In this document: one piece after another, positions 35,201-49,154 of the stretch
Position numbering within the stretch: the first letter of the stretch is position 1
Layout of the letters: each line of letters begins with the position of its first letter
Origin: Marsupella aquatica
Taxonomy: Eukaryota; Plantae; Marchantiophyta
NCBI GenBank assembly: GCA_973895155.1
Contig: OZ316894.1
Location: 2,310,457-2,374,456, forward strand
Direction of reading: 5' to 3'
DNA: 64,000 nt
Translations under genes and position numbers: made by a program
Notes under the pieces: model-generated
Told to the model about the DNA's origin: nothing
Seen by the model: the letters and a program-made list of their open reading frames with translations, nothing else
The model's database searches: none

Positions 35201-37234
35201 CAATTACTTTCTTTGTGGTTATTTGCGGGCATGACTCTGGCTTTCTGCTCTTTTGTCTTTTGTCAGGCATACTGACCCTCGTTTTCTGTCGATTGTGGAC
35301 TCTTCAAGAATGACTAGATTGCGATTTGCGTGCCTTTAAAAGGCACTTCGTGAGATTTCCTCTGAATTTCCGCCTCCTTGTCAGGGAACATCCTTTGTAA
35401 GGACTCTAACGACGTCTATGGTGCAGGCTGTGCTTTGCTTCCAATTTTCAGTAGCTACAACAAGGTTCCAGCTACAAGACCAGCTTCGAATTCAGAATAC
35501 CAAATGCGACAATTGCATAATTGTACATTCCACTGCTACTCGTTACATCCATGGATTGCTTATTCCATATCAACAAAATCTTCTTGTCTGTTAATTGATT
35601 TGATTTCGTGTTTCTTGGGGGTAGTGTCTTCAGGAGTAGTAAGTGCCAAAGCTAGAGTGCATTAGCCTTTCGTGTTTGTGCAGCTATATGAATTTTGGTA
35701 AACTTGGATATGATGTTGGTGAATTTGCGCCTCTTTTGGCGCAAGTCACTGCTCTTTTTGGCCTTGGACAAGCATAAGTAAAACAGTACGAAAAGAAGGG
35801 AGTTCAAGGAACTAGTCCCCAAGCGCACCACAATCAGAGCGCCCGGGTGAGAGCAAGTCTCTGCTGTTACTGTTACGGATTTCCTGTCGTGGCAGTCCAG
35901 AAGGTTTTTGGTACTAACTTTGATGTACACTCTCACTTGTAATTTTATCAATGACACTGTAAATTTCTGGTATCTACAGGGGACCATGTTCTGGTTACAA
36001 TACTTGAACTGTATCTGCTCAATAGTTGCGTGCTTGACTGACAGTCCAATCATCGATGAAGCGTCCATCATTACGGATAGAGTAGCAGACATTGCATACT
36101 GCAGGTAATACCAGATTCTGATGGCAGCTTTGCTAAGAGACAACAAATGCAGTTTGATTTTTGTTCTCAATTGGTCTGAGTAGCGCAACCATACTTCATC
36201 TGTTTGACCCAGTTTGGATTGGAAGCAAAGTATCACGTAATTCAAAGAAGGGATTGCATTATTCCCTGCAATTTCCTTCTCTTGCTCTTATCGTAGATTC
36301 AAGCAGGTTTCCATCCTTTGCTTCAACAGAAAAGGTTAGAATTGAAAGTTCAAAAGTTACTAATATCAGGGGTGTATCCCAACCAAGGACTTAAGTGTAG
36401 ACAAGTTTTCGATGAGTTGAGCACTGACATTTGCTGTCATGTTTTGATGTGCTGTGCAGTGTATGTGCATGTATGCAGGTAAGCACCAATTGCTATCCTC
36501 TTGTGACCATAGGAACAATTACACTAGTTTCTCTGGAATTGTGCTTTGCCCTTTTGACTGCACTGTTCCAATTCATGGAGTAGGCATGTCATAAACCCCT
36601 GTGGTGAATTTTCGTTTGTTAGTCCGTGTAAGGTTCTCAGGCAATACCCTGCGGGTCTGTCCACGGAACCCCTGTGCTAGCCTAGCCTGGGGATTCTCAA
36701 ATTTGAATGAGAACATGCAAGTGGCAAACAATTAGTCAGACAGTTTTGCAGGGTAAGAGTGAACTGAAAGTTTTCAAACTTCACTTGGGGCCTTACCGCA
36801 CGGTCACTCATCCCCACTTGGGGATCATGGCCTGTAACCGCCTCTTGCTCAACGCCTTCGGGGATTCCATCCCGTTACCCCCTCTTGGGGATGGGTTACC
36901 CTACACATTATTTCTCAGTGATTTGTCATTGAGATTGATATGAGGTCATCCTCCTTTGTCTATGTGCGTGAGAATACAAACAACACTGGCCCAACTACAG
37001 GGTACATGCATTGCTGTTCTTGGCTCTGCAATGCTGTATATGCTCCTATACGTCAGCCTTATCATTTAGTAAGACTGAAGATGCAACTGACTTGAAAGCT
37101 CTGTGGGTTGCTCTGATTGTGTCTGATGGCAGACTCAACACAAGTTGCAGATGGATGAGAGAGATGGATTAATTCCTCCCGTCCAAGGAACAACTATCCG
37201 GACACCTCCCCCTCCAATGGAGATGAGGAAATAG
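32290..37234 (+). CDS. PLAC8-family cysteine-rich protein, isoform using distal first exon 1a
   Basis: Exons: 32290-32389 (1a), 34648-34669, 34894-34950, 35063-35144, 35427-35522, 35980-36104, 36460-36478, 37133-37234. Spliced sequence: YCCYTVVCPYCAAYQLRGRALRGDWSRFTCCGGSMPCSGSCGESECPRFC...TRFQLQDQLRIQNTKCDNCII...VCACMQTQHKLQMDERDG. This matches the plant PLAC8 subfamily with the CCxGxMPCSGxCGE motif. Confidence 0.88.
33571..33670 (+). CDS. Alternative proximal first coding exon (1b) of the PLAC8 gene
   Basis: MASRQQLVQCDARKNLPNVWRSPLASTFQDAPL, then T|GTGCGT donor. It is exactly 100 nt and phase 1, like exon 1a. Confidence 0.85.
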
Positions 37235-38898
37235 AACTTTTTGTCCGACACGTTTTCGCGATAATATCTGTGCTTTAGACTGCAAACGTAGTTGTTTTTT
37301 GGAATTATCATAGGCCGTAAACATCCTGTGCTAAATTAGCAAAACTACCAGATTTTGTCGGATGTTTATTCTCGCGTGTGCTCTTAGAGTTTCTTAGAGT
37401 TAAATCGCACTTTTATTCTCGTCTTGGTTCCTAATTGCACAGGTTCTCAAAGATAAGTTTGGCTGAAAGTTTGCATCCTTCCCATTCTCACGTCGCCATG
37501 CATTATTCCATTATAGCTTATGCAGCGTGGTAAAACTTTTGCATTTATGTAGTAAAGAACTAGTTATACACCATCCCAAATAGGCTGGGAAAGATTACTC
37601 TACGTGAAAAGACGACGATGTTTGAGAGCACTCACCAAGACTGGGCAGCTCCGAGAGGTACTAAGTGCGAGCTCCAAGCGGTTGGAAAAGTGCATATGTT
37701 CTACTAAACTTTTGCGGCAATTTACCAAAGCTTACCGTACACACTTTTCAAGTCGGCTCTGTTTATACAGTTCATGGTCCTGTTGTTTGACGAACATTCC
37801 GACAACTTGATCGAAATGGAGTTATCATATTCAGAACTACGGTCAAAGTTGCATCACCCTAGTATTATATTATATTACAATTGCATTACATACATATGAC
37901 ACCTTGACAATTTCTATTAGCGGAATTAACGTGTACGGAGCTACGTCTACATCACACCTCAACTTCGCTGACTTGCTTCTAAAGAACATTCACTGGCAGC
38001 ACCCGTGGAAGCCTTCCGTGTTGCCACATTGGCACAGACTTGAGTTTGCCTTGAAGTTGGGAAGATATACAGCTAAATTTCATGGTTTTACCTCAGTAGG
38101 CTTCACCAGAGTGGTTCTTGAATCTAAACGATGTCTAAAGGCAGAAGTGTTTGTTAGGATATGAAAGGAACTGTCTCTGCCAACCCAGCCACAGAAATCC
38201 ACCCAACATTTCTGATATAGCACCCTGAGTTGGAGCATGCGCTGCAGCACATAATAACAACATATTCAAGTGCATGTAACAGGAATGCCCACTGGAGGTC
38301 CCCACTTGGCGTGACAGCAGGGGGTTTTCAAAATTTGGCGCTTTTGCACTGGCAATCAGGCAGATTATGGGAACGTGACTTCCCCTTGCCACTTCCCAGA
38401 TCTTATTTTCCTGCAATTAAATCATGAAGCACAGCAGAAATCTTACTCAATTTCACTAGGTACATCAATTATATCAGCTCATTTTATAACCTGCTCCTCT
38501 TTACATTTCTCTGCGATGAATCCGCAATGAAAATATCCTTCGCTCAAAATTGGTCTACAAAGAACTTTGGGAGAATTGAAAGTTCGTCGTACACAGCTGC
38601 TACCAGCGCTGCTATCTGGCAGATCGCTTCCGATGCATTCGTCCAGCATTAAAGCAAGGACTTCATCCATGGATGGGTACACGTGTTTAAGCTTGTTACA
38701 ATGCTCTTCGTCCTCAGAACTAGCGTTTGAAATAGGGTGACTTGAAAGAACTGGTTGTCGAACTCAACCTAACGCAGACTAAGCTTCACGAGTGCTAGTC
38801 GACCGGCTACCGGTAAAAAAATTAATTACAGATCTTGAACCCAAAAGACTAATATAATCCAAGCCAAGGCAGGAACCTTCTTTAAGGTTCAGTTCTGA

Positions 38899-41800
38899 CT
38901 AAAATGTTCTTGAATATTTCTTGATCTCATACATGATGGTGGAGATAGAAACTACATCTTTGCCAAGCTCAGCTGCCCCAGTGACACGCTTCAAGCAATC
39001 CGAAAGACGTGTGTAATAGAGAAGGAGCTGGGTGAGTGCTGCCCTTAATATTTCCATCCCGCAGACAAAATTACTGAACGAGGTAATTACGTCTTTGTGC
39101 ATCAATTCTATAGCTCCTTTCCAGCGAACAGCAAAATCTTTCACTAGAGGTTCCACATCCCCCAATGTAATGAGCTGTTGATTGCTGCCAGAATCTTCAC
39201 CTGCCCAGTTACTTTGCATATCAGATAACCTCGACGGCATGAGACATCCACTGTGACATTACCACTACATCACAATGAACTGAAAAGAACAGCATTTTGC
39301 ACTAGAAACCATGTTGAAGAATTGTGTACCTGCCCTGGTCTTGACAAATGATATTAATTTCTCAAAATGCTCCCGCAGTTCCTCCTCCTATCAGAACATA
39401 CGTCAGAAACCCCCCCAGACCAGTGAAATCATGCATTAAGGGAATAACACTTACCAGGATCAGTTGAGTTACAAGACTACCTAGGTAACCTGAATTCGAC
39501 CATGCAGCATCAGGCTTACTTTTACCTCTTGTGAATCTGATCTTAGCGGGATACATCTCAACTAGTTTATCAAAGAGTTTAGAAAATACAGCACGTGCAA
39601 ATACATGGAAACTCTCCGGTGATTAGACTCATTCTAGGCTATATTGAAATCTCCGTTCTGTACGAATATTTGAGAGGTGCACTGGGAGCAGTTCATACCA
39701 CAAATACAGTAGAACTGCTTTTGAGGAGCTCCTCAAACTGCTGTTGTGTCTTTCCCCCATCAACGCCAGTTTCCTAAAGAGAAAGAAAGCTTCTGAGACC
39801 TTAGAATGCACAACGCCATGCAGCTTACAGACGTAACTTACGCAACGAATTTGGTCAAGAGTGAAAACATTAAAACTAGTGAAAACAAGCATAAGACACT
39901 ATCAGGATAGTCGGACCCCAAACCCATAATAGGATACAGAGAGCTTAGGGATGAGGGAGACCTTCAGCACAGCTAGAACCATGTCATAATTGTTGATCAA
40001 AAATATTGTTTGCTGTTTCTGTTGTCGGAACATCCGAGCAAGTTTTACCAACAAATCATCAACCGCTATTCGTAGCCGTTCCAAATTCAGATCTAGCTGC
40101 ATTTTTCCAACCTCGAATTAGGAGTTCATTTAACCTTCAATCCAAAACTGATGCTAAGTATCCTACGCGTACCAGGAGGCCGAAATTACGCTCATTTGGA
40201 CAACAAAATTTAGGGACTGCATGGTCGAATTCAGAGACTACAATTCCGAAACCAAACATAGAAACTGATCTCCTGATTGGCTCAGTTTACGAGAAGAACT
40301 AGACATATTTGTCAATACGTACCACTTGACCATCCCCGTAGTCTTTGTTGAGATACAATAAACTAGCAGCAAATTCTGCATACCGTCGAGTGACATAATG
40401 TGGTCGGACATCATCTTCCCAAAGAGTCCGGACATTGGCTGAACGGATACTGCTGAGGTGCATGTCAAACACCAGCTTGAATCGAGGCCAAATCAATAGA
40501 TTAAGCTGCACGTAACAATCAGATAGGACGGTTTCCAGATTTAAAATTCAATCGGCAGAGATTGCTTAGAATAAGAGCAACCACTTACATACATCCAAAT
40601 ACCACAGCCTACAAGTCCACACATTATACAAAACATCAGAGTCAGACATTCAAAAAGGAGGATCTCTGGTGCACCTGAGCGACGTGAGTTCTACTTTTAG
40701 ATGTGCACGAAAAATATTTATTATTATATTCTCATTCAAAAAAGTTCATTTAAGTTACCTTATCAAAGTATGAGTCCAAACAAGGAACTCGTCTCCTTGA
40801 CATGACAAGCTGAACAGGAAACAAACGTCCAGATGTCAGCTTCACTCCTATTCTGGTAAGCATACCGAGAAAACCTGGACAGGAAACTGTACAGTATGCA
40901 ACTGTGTACAAGACCGTCAAGGGTCGACACTCGCACAAAATGAAAACAGAAAGATGGAATGCGGTAGGAGTTTCAACAATTCAAGCCCAAGACGTACCTG
41001 ATGGTGGTAAGTGAGGCGAATCGTGAGCATGAGGCCAATGGCATCAAAACTATTAGGTAGCACTATATTCAAGTGCTCATTGATAACTCCAAACGGGCCT
41101 GCGAGTGGCTTGAGTCAATTAGGCCATATTATATGTACGATCAGTACCCTAAAGTGCTAAATATAGAGTGCCCAGTCACATCCTCCAGCAAGAAATCACT
41201 TTAGAGCTGAACTACGAGGCACATAAAATATACAAGGAAAGTATCGAGGGCACGACTGACGTTTTGGACAAACTTAGTTTCAACGTCATAGCAGAATAAT
41301 TCAAAAAAAGGTTGGAATCCCACAGAGTGTGGATGCTGAATTCAAGAAACTGGCAACAGAATGGACTTAGGGAGAATACCAACAAATATGTCGTAGAATA
41401 TAGCATCTTCCCCGAAGAAACTAGAGCAGAAGAGATACCTGAGACACAGGACGATGTACAAGTTCTCAATCTTAAAATGTCTCAGTCAGTGACCATAACA
41501 TGAACATAGTGGTAGTCCAAACTCATTTAAGGTGCCCAAACTGGAAAATCCAAGGTTGAGATTTGAAATCTTGATGCAATATAAACAGTAATTCCAAGGG
41601 GAAAGAACGTGCAAAGAAGCTGTTCTAGGAGCGGTGCAATTATTACTCAAGAAGATATCTGGACGCTACATATGCAATCGGAAGAAGAGCCACTACTAGA
41701 ATGACAGCAATTCCTGAGTTCCAGTTTCAGAAGATTACTCTGAAGTGGCTGTATCCATCAGCAACTTGTGCAAACTCCGAAAAAGAACCTCGTATGGGAA

Positions 41801-44800
41801 TTTTGTGCCACTTCCTTCCGCGATGTGAGGGATTATCGCTGGTTCATCAACATCCTGAAAAACGTCCAGCAACCACAGACAATCATGGATCTGGAAACAG
41901 ACACAATAGGAAGTTTGGATAGTTCACTCAAGATCACTCTCCTCTCTTCATAACAAGATATGATACTGCTTACAGCTGTCTTATCGATCTGATCCCATAC
42001 CTTCAGAACCAACGCACGGTCTCCAAGAGAAAACACAGCTGCTTTGTTCTTCAACGGCTCTTTGGCTCTAGAAAAGAGCCCTCCGCTCCTTTGGACAGCA
42101 TCCTCAACACCAAGCATATCATTCCTTGTAACAATGTCCAACTGCAACCTTTCAAGGGCTTGGATATAGCTACGAAAGTGAGCACTAAGTACCTGTAGTT
42201 CGGTAAGTGTTTCCAAGTTAGGGAAGGTGAGCAGCATTGATAAATCATCTTACCAAGTAAATACGCGGAAACTGTCAAGTTCCCTACCTTGCTCATAGTG
42301 TCAACATAAGCCATCCGAATCTCTGGGTACACTTCTTTACCATGTTCTCGTAAAAAGGTCGCTGCATATCTGCACGGAATAAAACACAGCATCAAATTCA
42401 AGGACGTCGTGTGAAGGACTAAATGTCAAAAATCAAAATCCCCGTCCAAGTCCTTCGCTTTATGTACAGAGAATACCAGTGTTGCTATCACCATCATGGC
42501 ATACCGAATGAGTCAATGACGAATGCTTAACTCTATAAAGCTCTATGCAAAAACCAGTTAGATCAAATCTTTCTGCCCTGGTAGACTGATTTTGAAAAGT
42601 CTACCATAATCTGTTGATTAGGATTCCCAGCTCGTGACCTCGTTACAGGCACTGCGGATTCCTGATCAGTAGCAATACTATGGAAATGTACGGAGATGTT
42701 TACACGCAAATCAATGAAGATAAGCAGTGACAATGTGCTTACTTGTACTTCAAAAGCACATTCTGCTGCAAAATTTGGATATTAGTCTTAGGCCTCCTCA
42801 AAGCGTATAACTTCTGCAACAAAAACTCACGAGTCTGCCAGTAGAAAGATGAGAAGGTCATGTCGGTCATTTTACTTATCGCTACATTACTCCACATCCG
42901 TACTGAAGCAAATACTTTGGTGTAAGGAAGGGGAATCAATCTAGGAAGTCACCTTGGCAAGGGCTTTGGCACGAAGTCTCTGAAGTTCAGGTGCTACATC
43001 TTTTATAGCTGCTGAATCTTTAGATACAGAACTATCCGCAAGGTATTGCAGCTTCTTACTCAAAACCTTGAGGACATTCAAATACTCCTCATTCACCTGC
43101 AATTTCCGTTTACTTCACTTAAGCTACAAAACATCAACGATAAGGCAGTTCCGATAAACAAACCAAACAAAAGGAAGAGAATTCTATCCATGTATCTCAA
43201 TCGCTTCTTTGAGCGTGTCCTACTTTGAGATCGGCATTCTGTAAGCAAATCACAATTTGCAATTGTCGTAGCTAAAGTCACTGAAGGACCTCAAACTTAG
43301 ATGCTTGAAAGAAGGGATGCTTACCTCGCCATCTACAATTGTGTCGATCATGTTTGGAGAAACCACTACTTCTTCTATAAATTGCGATAACTTCAGTTCA
43401 GCTGCCTGCAAAACACCACCTTCAGATATGCTAGATGGCCCAAAATGATTTTTTAGGCAAGAATCCAGGAACGAAAATAAAAACGGACGAAGAAAGAAGA
43501 AGAAAGATAAAACGAACAGAGAGCAGAGAGCAGAGAGCGGAGAAAGAAGAGGAATAACGGTTCTCGTTTCGTCAAATTATTAGAATTTGAGGAAGCCATA
43601 CTGAATGCAAGGATAGCTCAATAGTCGTGGCTGCGATAATAAACTGGCTAATTAACGGGCAGAGAAACCACTAATGTCTGACCTAAGACGAAGATTAATT
43701 GAAAAGGAACTGCTGAGAGTACAAATATGCATAGTTGGTGGCAGGAAGCCTAGGTAACAGAAATGACCTTGTAAAAACCTCAACCGTTGCCCTTCTGTAA
43801 TAATGAACGTAACGAGCAGAAAACGTAACGAGAAGATCGAGGCGGTATCGGGAAGGTGGAAAAACTCATACCCGACGATTCTTCAGTTTTAACCCCATAC
43901 TCATCGATTGTTCTTGGAGGCTTTTGATCTCAGAACTGATTGACCCCAAGTCCGCCTCCAAAACAGAAATGATCCATCAGCGCAATTTTGTAATGAAAAT
44001 AACATATAATATTGGCTCTCCCTCCAACTAAAAGGTAAGAAGGATGGCAACGAGATCTTCCAAGTAGTGAAAACCAAAGGCGCCATACCTGAAAACCTCC
44101 TAACAGTGCTTCCATTTCGGTCAGTATAGTGTCACATTCTCGTATCTGAGTATGAAGGGACACCAGATTGTCGCTCTCCTTCATGTAGTCCTGAAGAAAT
44201 AAAAGTAACAACTATTACCAACGCAAGAAACAAACGCATAAAGACAAACAGCTCTTGATCGGTTCTCTGCAGCTAGCGAATGCTCATTAAGCTCATCTTT
44301 GAAACTCTTTCGAAAAAGTCCAATGGTCCAATTCTAATATTATCCATCTGATGTAGCGGTCGATTCTAAGCGCAAATGCAAGACTTGAACGTTGCATATA
44401 CCTAAAACAGTGATAGGCATAATTGTCCCCAGCGTCTTCTTAGATTTAGTATGTTGTCAGTACATCAAAAATACCTGTATAGATTCCAGTTCCACAAGCC
44501 GGAGCTTCTCCTCAACATCTCGGGCATAGTCTCTAAGCTGACTCCCCTGCCCTAATATGTTGGCCACTATCTGCACGTACCAAAGAAAAGTTTTACTCCA
44601 CACATGCATCATGACATCGATCAATACCCATTCAGAAATGTGAGGACAAGTTTTGGGAGATAATGCGATGCCATTCTGCAAGATCAATTTGCTAGTACGT
44701 CTAATTTGCTGAAAAGACCTAAGGACTTCATAATCTGTGTTTGTGTTTGCTTGAATTCACAGACTACAAGCACACTCCCCTTGGTCCTGGCATACCACAA

Positions 44801-45492
44801 TGCCATATCATGAAACATCAGATTACAACAGGCTATCTCGATTTCCGTAAGGCAGATTTGTATGTCTACACTGAAATTCCTCGTCGACAAGAGCCAAATT
44901 GCCAATTGAAAGTTTATTCACAACATCTCCAAAGAGAGGACGAACTTATAATACTCGTTCACACCTGCATTGTTGCTTAACCTTTCTTTGTATACAGGTC
45001 TGTGAAACATCTGGTGCTGTCCATTCCTTGCCAGTCGAAGGCCTACGTGGAAACTAGAATTTTCATAAACTTCGCTTTAGTTGTTTACTGCATTGCTAGA
45101 CAGAACCTCTGCTGCTGGTGAAATAACTAGTTGCACCAAAGAGTAGAAAAATTCCTGAAAGAATTGCAAACCTCTTGCCCTTGCAGCTTCTCCAACTCCT
45201 CCCGCAATCCATCGAGGGACACCTCGTCACTGTTAAATAATTCTCATCAGCTCATTCGTAACCCCTCGCCATACAGGTGCTCATCAATTGGATAGCTTTA
45301 CACAAAAATAAACTGATCCCAAAGAGCCGAAAAGACGACATTCTTCAAAAAAAATTCTCTCTTTGAGAGCTGGAGAGGGAACAGCCACCTGTCAGAGTGA
45401 TCCCCGAAAGTGAGATCACCACCAGTTGAATTAAGATCCGCGGCTCGTTGCTGATCTTCGCCTAAGTTGCCAAGTATCTCCATGAGCTCCAT
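38899..45492 (-). CDS. VPS52: Vacuolar protein sorting-associated protein 52 (GARP/EARP complex subunit), ~19 coding exons
   Basis: Successive GT-AG exons translate to ELESIQ|DYMKESDNLVSLHTQI, GGFQ|ADLGSISSEIKSLQEQS, KTNIQILQQNVLLKYK, FPYEVLFRS, LIWPRFKLVFDMH, RPHYVTRRYAEF, FLINNYD and LTQLLLYYTR...YEIKKYSRTF*. Start ATG is at 45492 (or 45483). Confidence 0.97.
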
Positions 45493-47902
45493 CTCATAAC
45501 TCTCCCGTTCCCCGATCCCTCGCAAACTTTGGCGAATCGACTGAGCAATCAGAACAATTCAGAGAAGAGAAAAGCGAAGAAAAGAAGCGACGCTTTTGCT
45601 CTCTGTGAAGGGGGCAGCAGGGAGGGACGGAGGCCTTCGTCGCGCCCCAGACCAGCCCTCCGAGCACTCTTTCTACTCTTTCTTCAGCAAAATACGAAGT
45701 TTTCAACCGATGTCGCGGGATTTCGATTAGGGTTCGAGCCCACTGGACCCCACGGCTGATTCATTCTGCCCCGATGTCTCCTCGTTCTCGCCCAGATTCC
45801 TCCATAGACTGGACCTCCTTCACTGCAGTCGATCGCCCATCAATCGCCTCATTGCAGTAAATTCATGTCCAGAACTGACTTCATATCCACATTTCCGAAG
45901 CTGGTGAGTGCCATGATTTTTCCCACCTTCTCAATCAACGAACGAGGGAAATGGCACCGCGGAAGTGTGCATCGAGAGAAGTTCCTCGGGATCGCACTCG
46001 ACACCGAGAAATGCTATTTCTTTAAAGCCCTCGAACTACAGTCCTTGCATCTGCGCTGTAAAGCTCTGCTGTAAAGTTCTGCTGCTGTTGATACAATTAA
46101 ATGGGAAATTGGGAATGCTACACTAGTCTCTGAACTCTCGTATTTTGTGGAAGGAAATACACTCTAGAGGTGTATAACTTGCTATTCGCATAATCATTTG
46201 CCTGGAAGTAACTTTTTTGGGGATAACAATTAGGTACTATAAATTATGAATGGTTGTTATGTGAATATTATGGTTGGAAGGTCAAATTTGTGAAATCATT
46301 TCTATAAAATTATGTTGTTTAATTCATTTCAAAATGTATTTTTATAATTTATTTTCATTTTTTCTAGGAAAAACAAATTCCCTTGTGCAGAAACTATTCA
46401 AGAAACAAAATGTTATTTAGTAGAGGTCAAAAAATGGCTCCAAGGAGTGAAATTGTGCATGGGAGATACATGTTGTAAATGATCAAGAAGGTTAATTATA
46501 GCATGCTCATCTTAGAAAAACATGCTTGATTTTTTTGTATTGTAGTGATCTGAAAGTAAATAAAATATGAGAGCATAGCTAGAAAGATAAAATAATGCAA
46601 GTAAAGTGTCTGCCAAGGAAAACACACTGACCAATGGAAAGTACAGTCAAGTTTTATGACAACCATGTTACTATTTGTGCACTTAATTAGATGTGCCTTA
46701 TGAATAACACTCATTTCAATAAAAACCATAAACTTTGGAAAGAAAGACATGAGGGGAACTTAAGACACTATGTGTTCATATTATTCAGAATCATTTCTCT
46801 CACTCATGAGAATATTTTGTTCAAGTGGTGGAGCAGTTTCATGTCTAAGAGATCACAAACTTTAAAAGTTATAAGGGGGCTGCCAAAATAAGTTCAAAAT
46901 ACTCTAGAATACCTAGAATTAAAGAGACCTAAAAATTACTAAAAATGTATAAGATACAAAGGCTGCCCAGAGATAAGGCACATTGAAATAAAAATACATG
47001 ACAAAAATAATTGAATAAGACAAAATCTGAAAAGTGTATTCACCATATAACAGTTCACAAATACAATTGATTCCAATGCTATTGGGAAATGACCAGGGAA
47101 ATGACACCAATTTCTTTGAAGTGAGGCTTTGTTATCTCTAGACTTACATTATGGGTGTAGTACAATATTATGAATATTCATAAATATATGTTTGAGCTCA
47201 GTTGGCTGGTTTTATCCCAAAACCAAAGCCCGGAAGGATGGGAAGGTTGTCCCCATCATCCCCATGGACTATGGCAGATAAGTTGAGCACTTTACCACGT
47301 AATGATGAGAGAATCTAGATAAGAAATGTTTCATTTACTCTTTACCTATATTTCAATTATTTTCAGGAGATTGTGTGCACCTAAAAGTGAATTGGAAAAT
47401 TCATGGAATGGACTGAAAGTTTACATTTAGTATTGTATTTGAAATTTTTGGTAGCTCCACAAGGGCAGAGTACTCAAAGCTCTTATTGTAACAAGAGAAC
47501 TTGATTTCTTGGAGCACCAAAGTGAAAAAATTACTTGAAACTCTCATTGTGACAAGAGCAACGCACTCTCAAAAATGGAATTTCCACTGAGTTTTGTACT
47601 TCTAGTGCATTTCTCATACTCCAAATGGCTACCCAGTTAGCTAGCCAAAAGAGGAGTCCCTCAATTGGGTATTGCTAACCAGGTTTTGGTTAGCTACAGT
47701 AGGGACTTTGTTAGTGAAGCATTATTTTTCTCATATTATGAAAGGTTTTACTATTTGCTAGCACTACAATGACCCAAATTATTAATTTGTAAGCTGCCCT
47801 GTGTTTCATATTCAACCCACATTCCAACTCTTTGAGTTATATATGACAATCCTATTCCTTATAAGCAGGCAATATAGAAATTAAATTAGTTTTGAGGGCA
47901 AC

Positions 47903-48640
47903 TTAGTCATTACGGACCCCACTAGAGGTCTCTTCCAAAATTTGAGACTTCACAGCACGCCACGTCATCGAGATGCGCTGCAAACAAGTACGGATTGGTT
48001 TACAAAATAAAATTGCTTCAATATTTGTGTCTGTGGCATGATTTTGGTAAAATTGAGGACGTCATGCTATAAACCGTGATGTAAAATTGTTTTAAAAATA
48101 ACCATTTTATTTACCCTAGGTAACAGACTGTTCAATTAGTAGGAGGTCCACCTTCCGTTTTTTTACCCTCAGTAACCGCTGTCCACTTGCATTCTGAATT
48201 ATGTTTCAATTGAATAATAACTAAATCTCTCTCGGCAAGTTGATCTGATGACAAAGTAATTGTGACAATTTTCTTGACCTTCTGCTGTCACGAAGGAAGA
48301 AGTGGACATGATTCTAATTTTGGATCACTTAGCACTCCTTTCCATGGCGTCACCATTGCAGTTCCTAACTCGGTGATGCCTCTCGCTATTGTTAGATTAT
48401 CCAACGCATGAGGCACGAGCGAACGAAAGAGAAGCAAGCTTAGCAAGGTTCAATAAGGGCCTCGTCTACGTGCAGATGGTGTTAAAGAGCCTAGGCATGA
48501 AAGAAGGACATAGTTATAAGAAGTGTCAGCAGATGATCAAGGGAGTCAATGCAGACGTTAATGGGAAGGTGAACTTTCAGGAGTTCAAGGAGTTGATGTC
48601 GTCTGAAGCTTTCCGTTAATAGGGGGTCCACAAACTAATT
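47903..48640. mobile_element. Putative non-autonomous TIR element (ends ~TTAGTTTGYGGACCCC / GGGGTCCACAAACTAA) carrying an EF-hand gene fragment
   Basis: Left end TTAGTCATTACGGACCCC at ~47903; right end GGGGTCCACAAACTAATT at ~48623-48640. The left ~60 bp resemble the element starting at ~53092. Confidence 0.5.
48470..48619 (+). pseudogene. C-terminal EF-hand fragment of a calmodulin-like (CML) gene
   Basis: VQMVLKSLGMKEGHSYKKCQQMIKGVNADVNGKVNFQEFKELMSSEAFR* matches the CML pattern VLxSLGxKEG..C..MI..VDxDGxGxVxFxEFKxMM, with degenerate Ca2+-loop residues. No upstream EF hands are visible. Confidence 0.75.
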
Positions 48641-48800
48641 TTATTAAATTTTGGGTGTGTCCATTGTATAATATTATGGTGTGTGCTCTGCCCCCTATGG
48701 ACGTCAGTTGATTTTTTTCTGCACCCTTTGATCTTTGTCACTTTATTTTGGAATACATTGGGCGCACTGTCATCTTTTAATTAATTATATTTTCAATAGG

Positions 48801-48907
48801 AACAAACGGATAGAAAACTATGCTATCTGAATAAAATGGTACCGTTATTTCTTAGATAGTAGCAAATGGATAGAAAACTATGCTATCTGAATCAAACGGT
48901 ACCGTTC
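48801..48907. repeat. 60-bp direct duplication
   Basis: CAAAYGGATAGAAAACTATGCTATCTGAATMAAAYGGTACCGTT occurs twice. Confidence 0.85.
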
Positions 48908-49154
48908 CAGAATGGTTGTGTGTTTAATGGTCCATCCCAGCATCTTGTCAAACGTTGGAGCCCACGGTTTCCTTCGCGCGTTATTAGATCTCAGTGCGTT
49001 TGAAAGTTCGACGACCTCCAAAAGACTTCACAACGAGTTGAAGCTGATTCGGAAGGAAGCTGAATGGGAATTGGGAATTGGGAATCGGAAGAAGCGGAGG
49101 TCAGCAATTTTCCATCCGTCAAGTCGGTTGCTTGAGGAAGAAAGAGAGCGAGCG

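Noticed and set aside
35652-36245. 197-aa minus-strand ORF
   Set aside because: It is antisense to PLAC8 intron 5/exon 6, starts at a non-ATG codon and has no recognisable domain.
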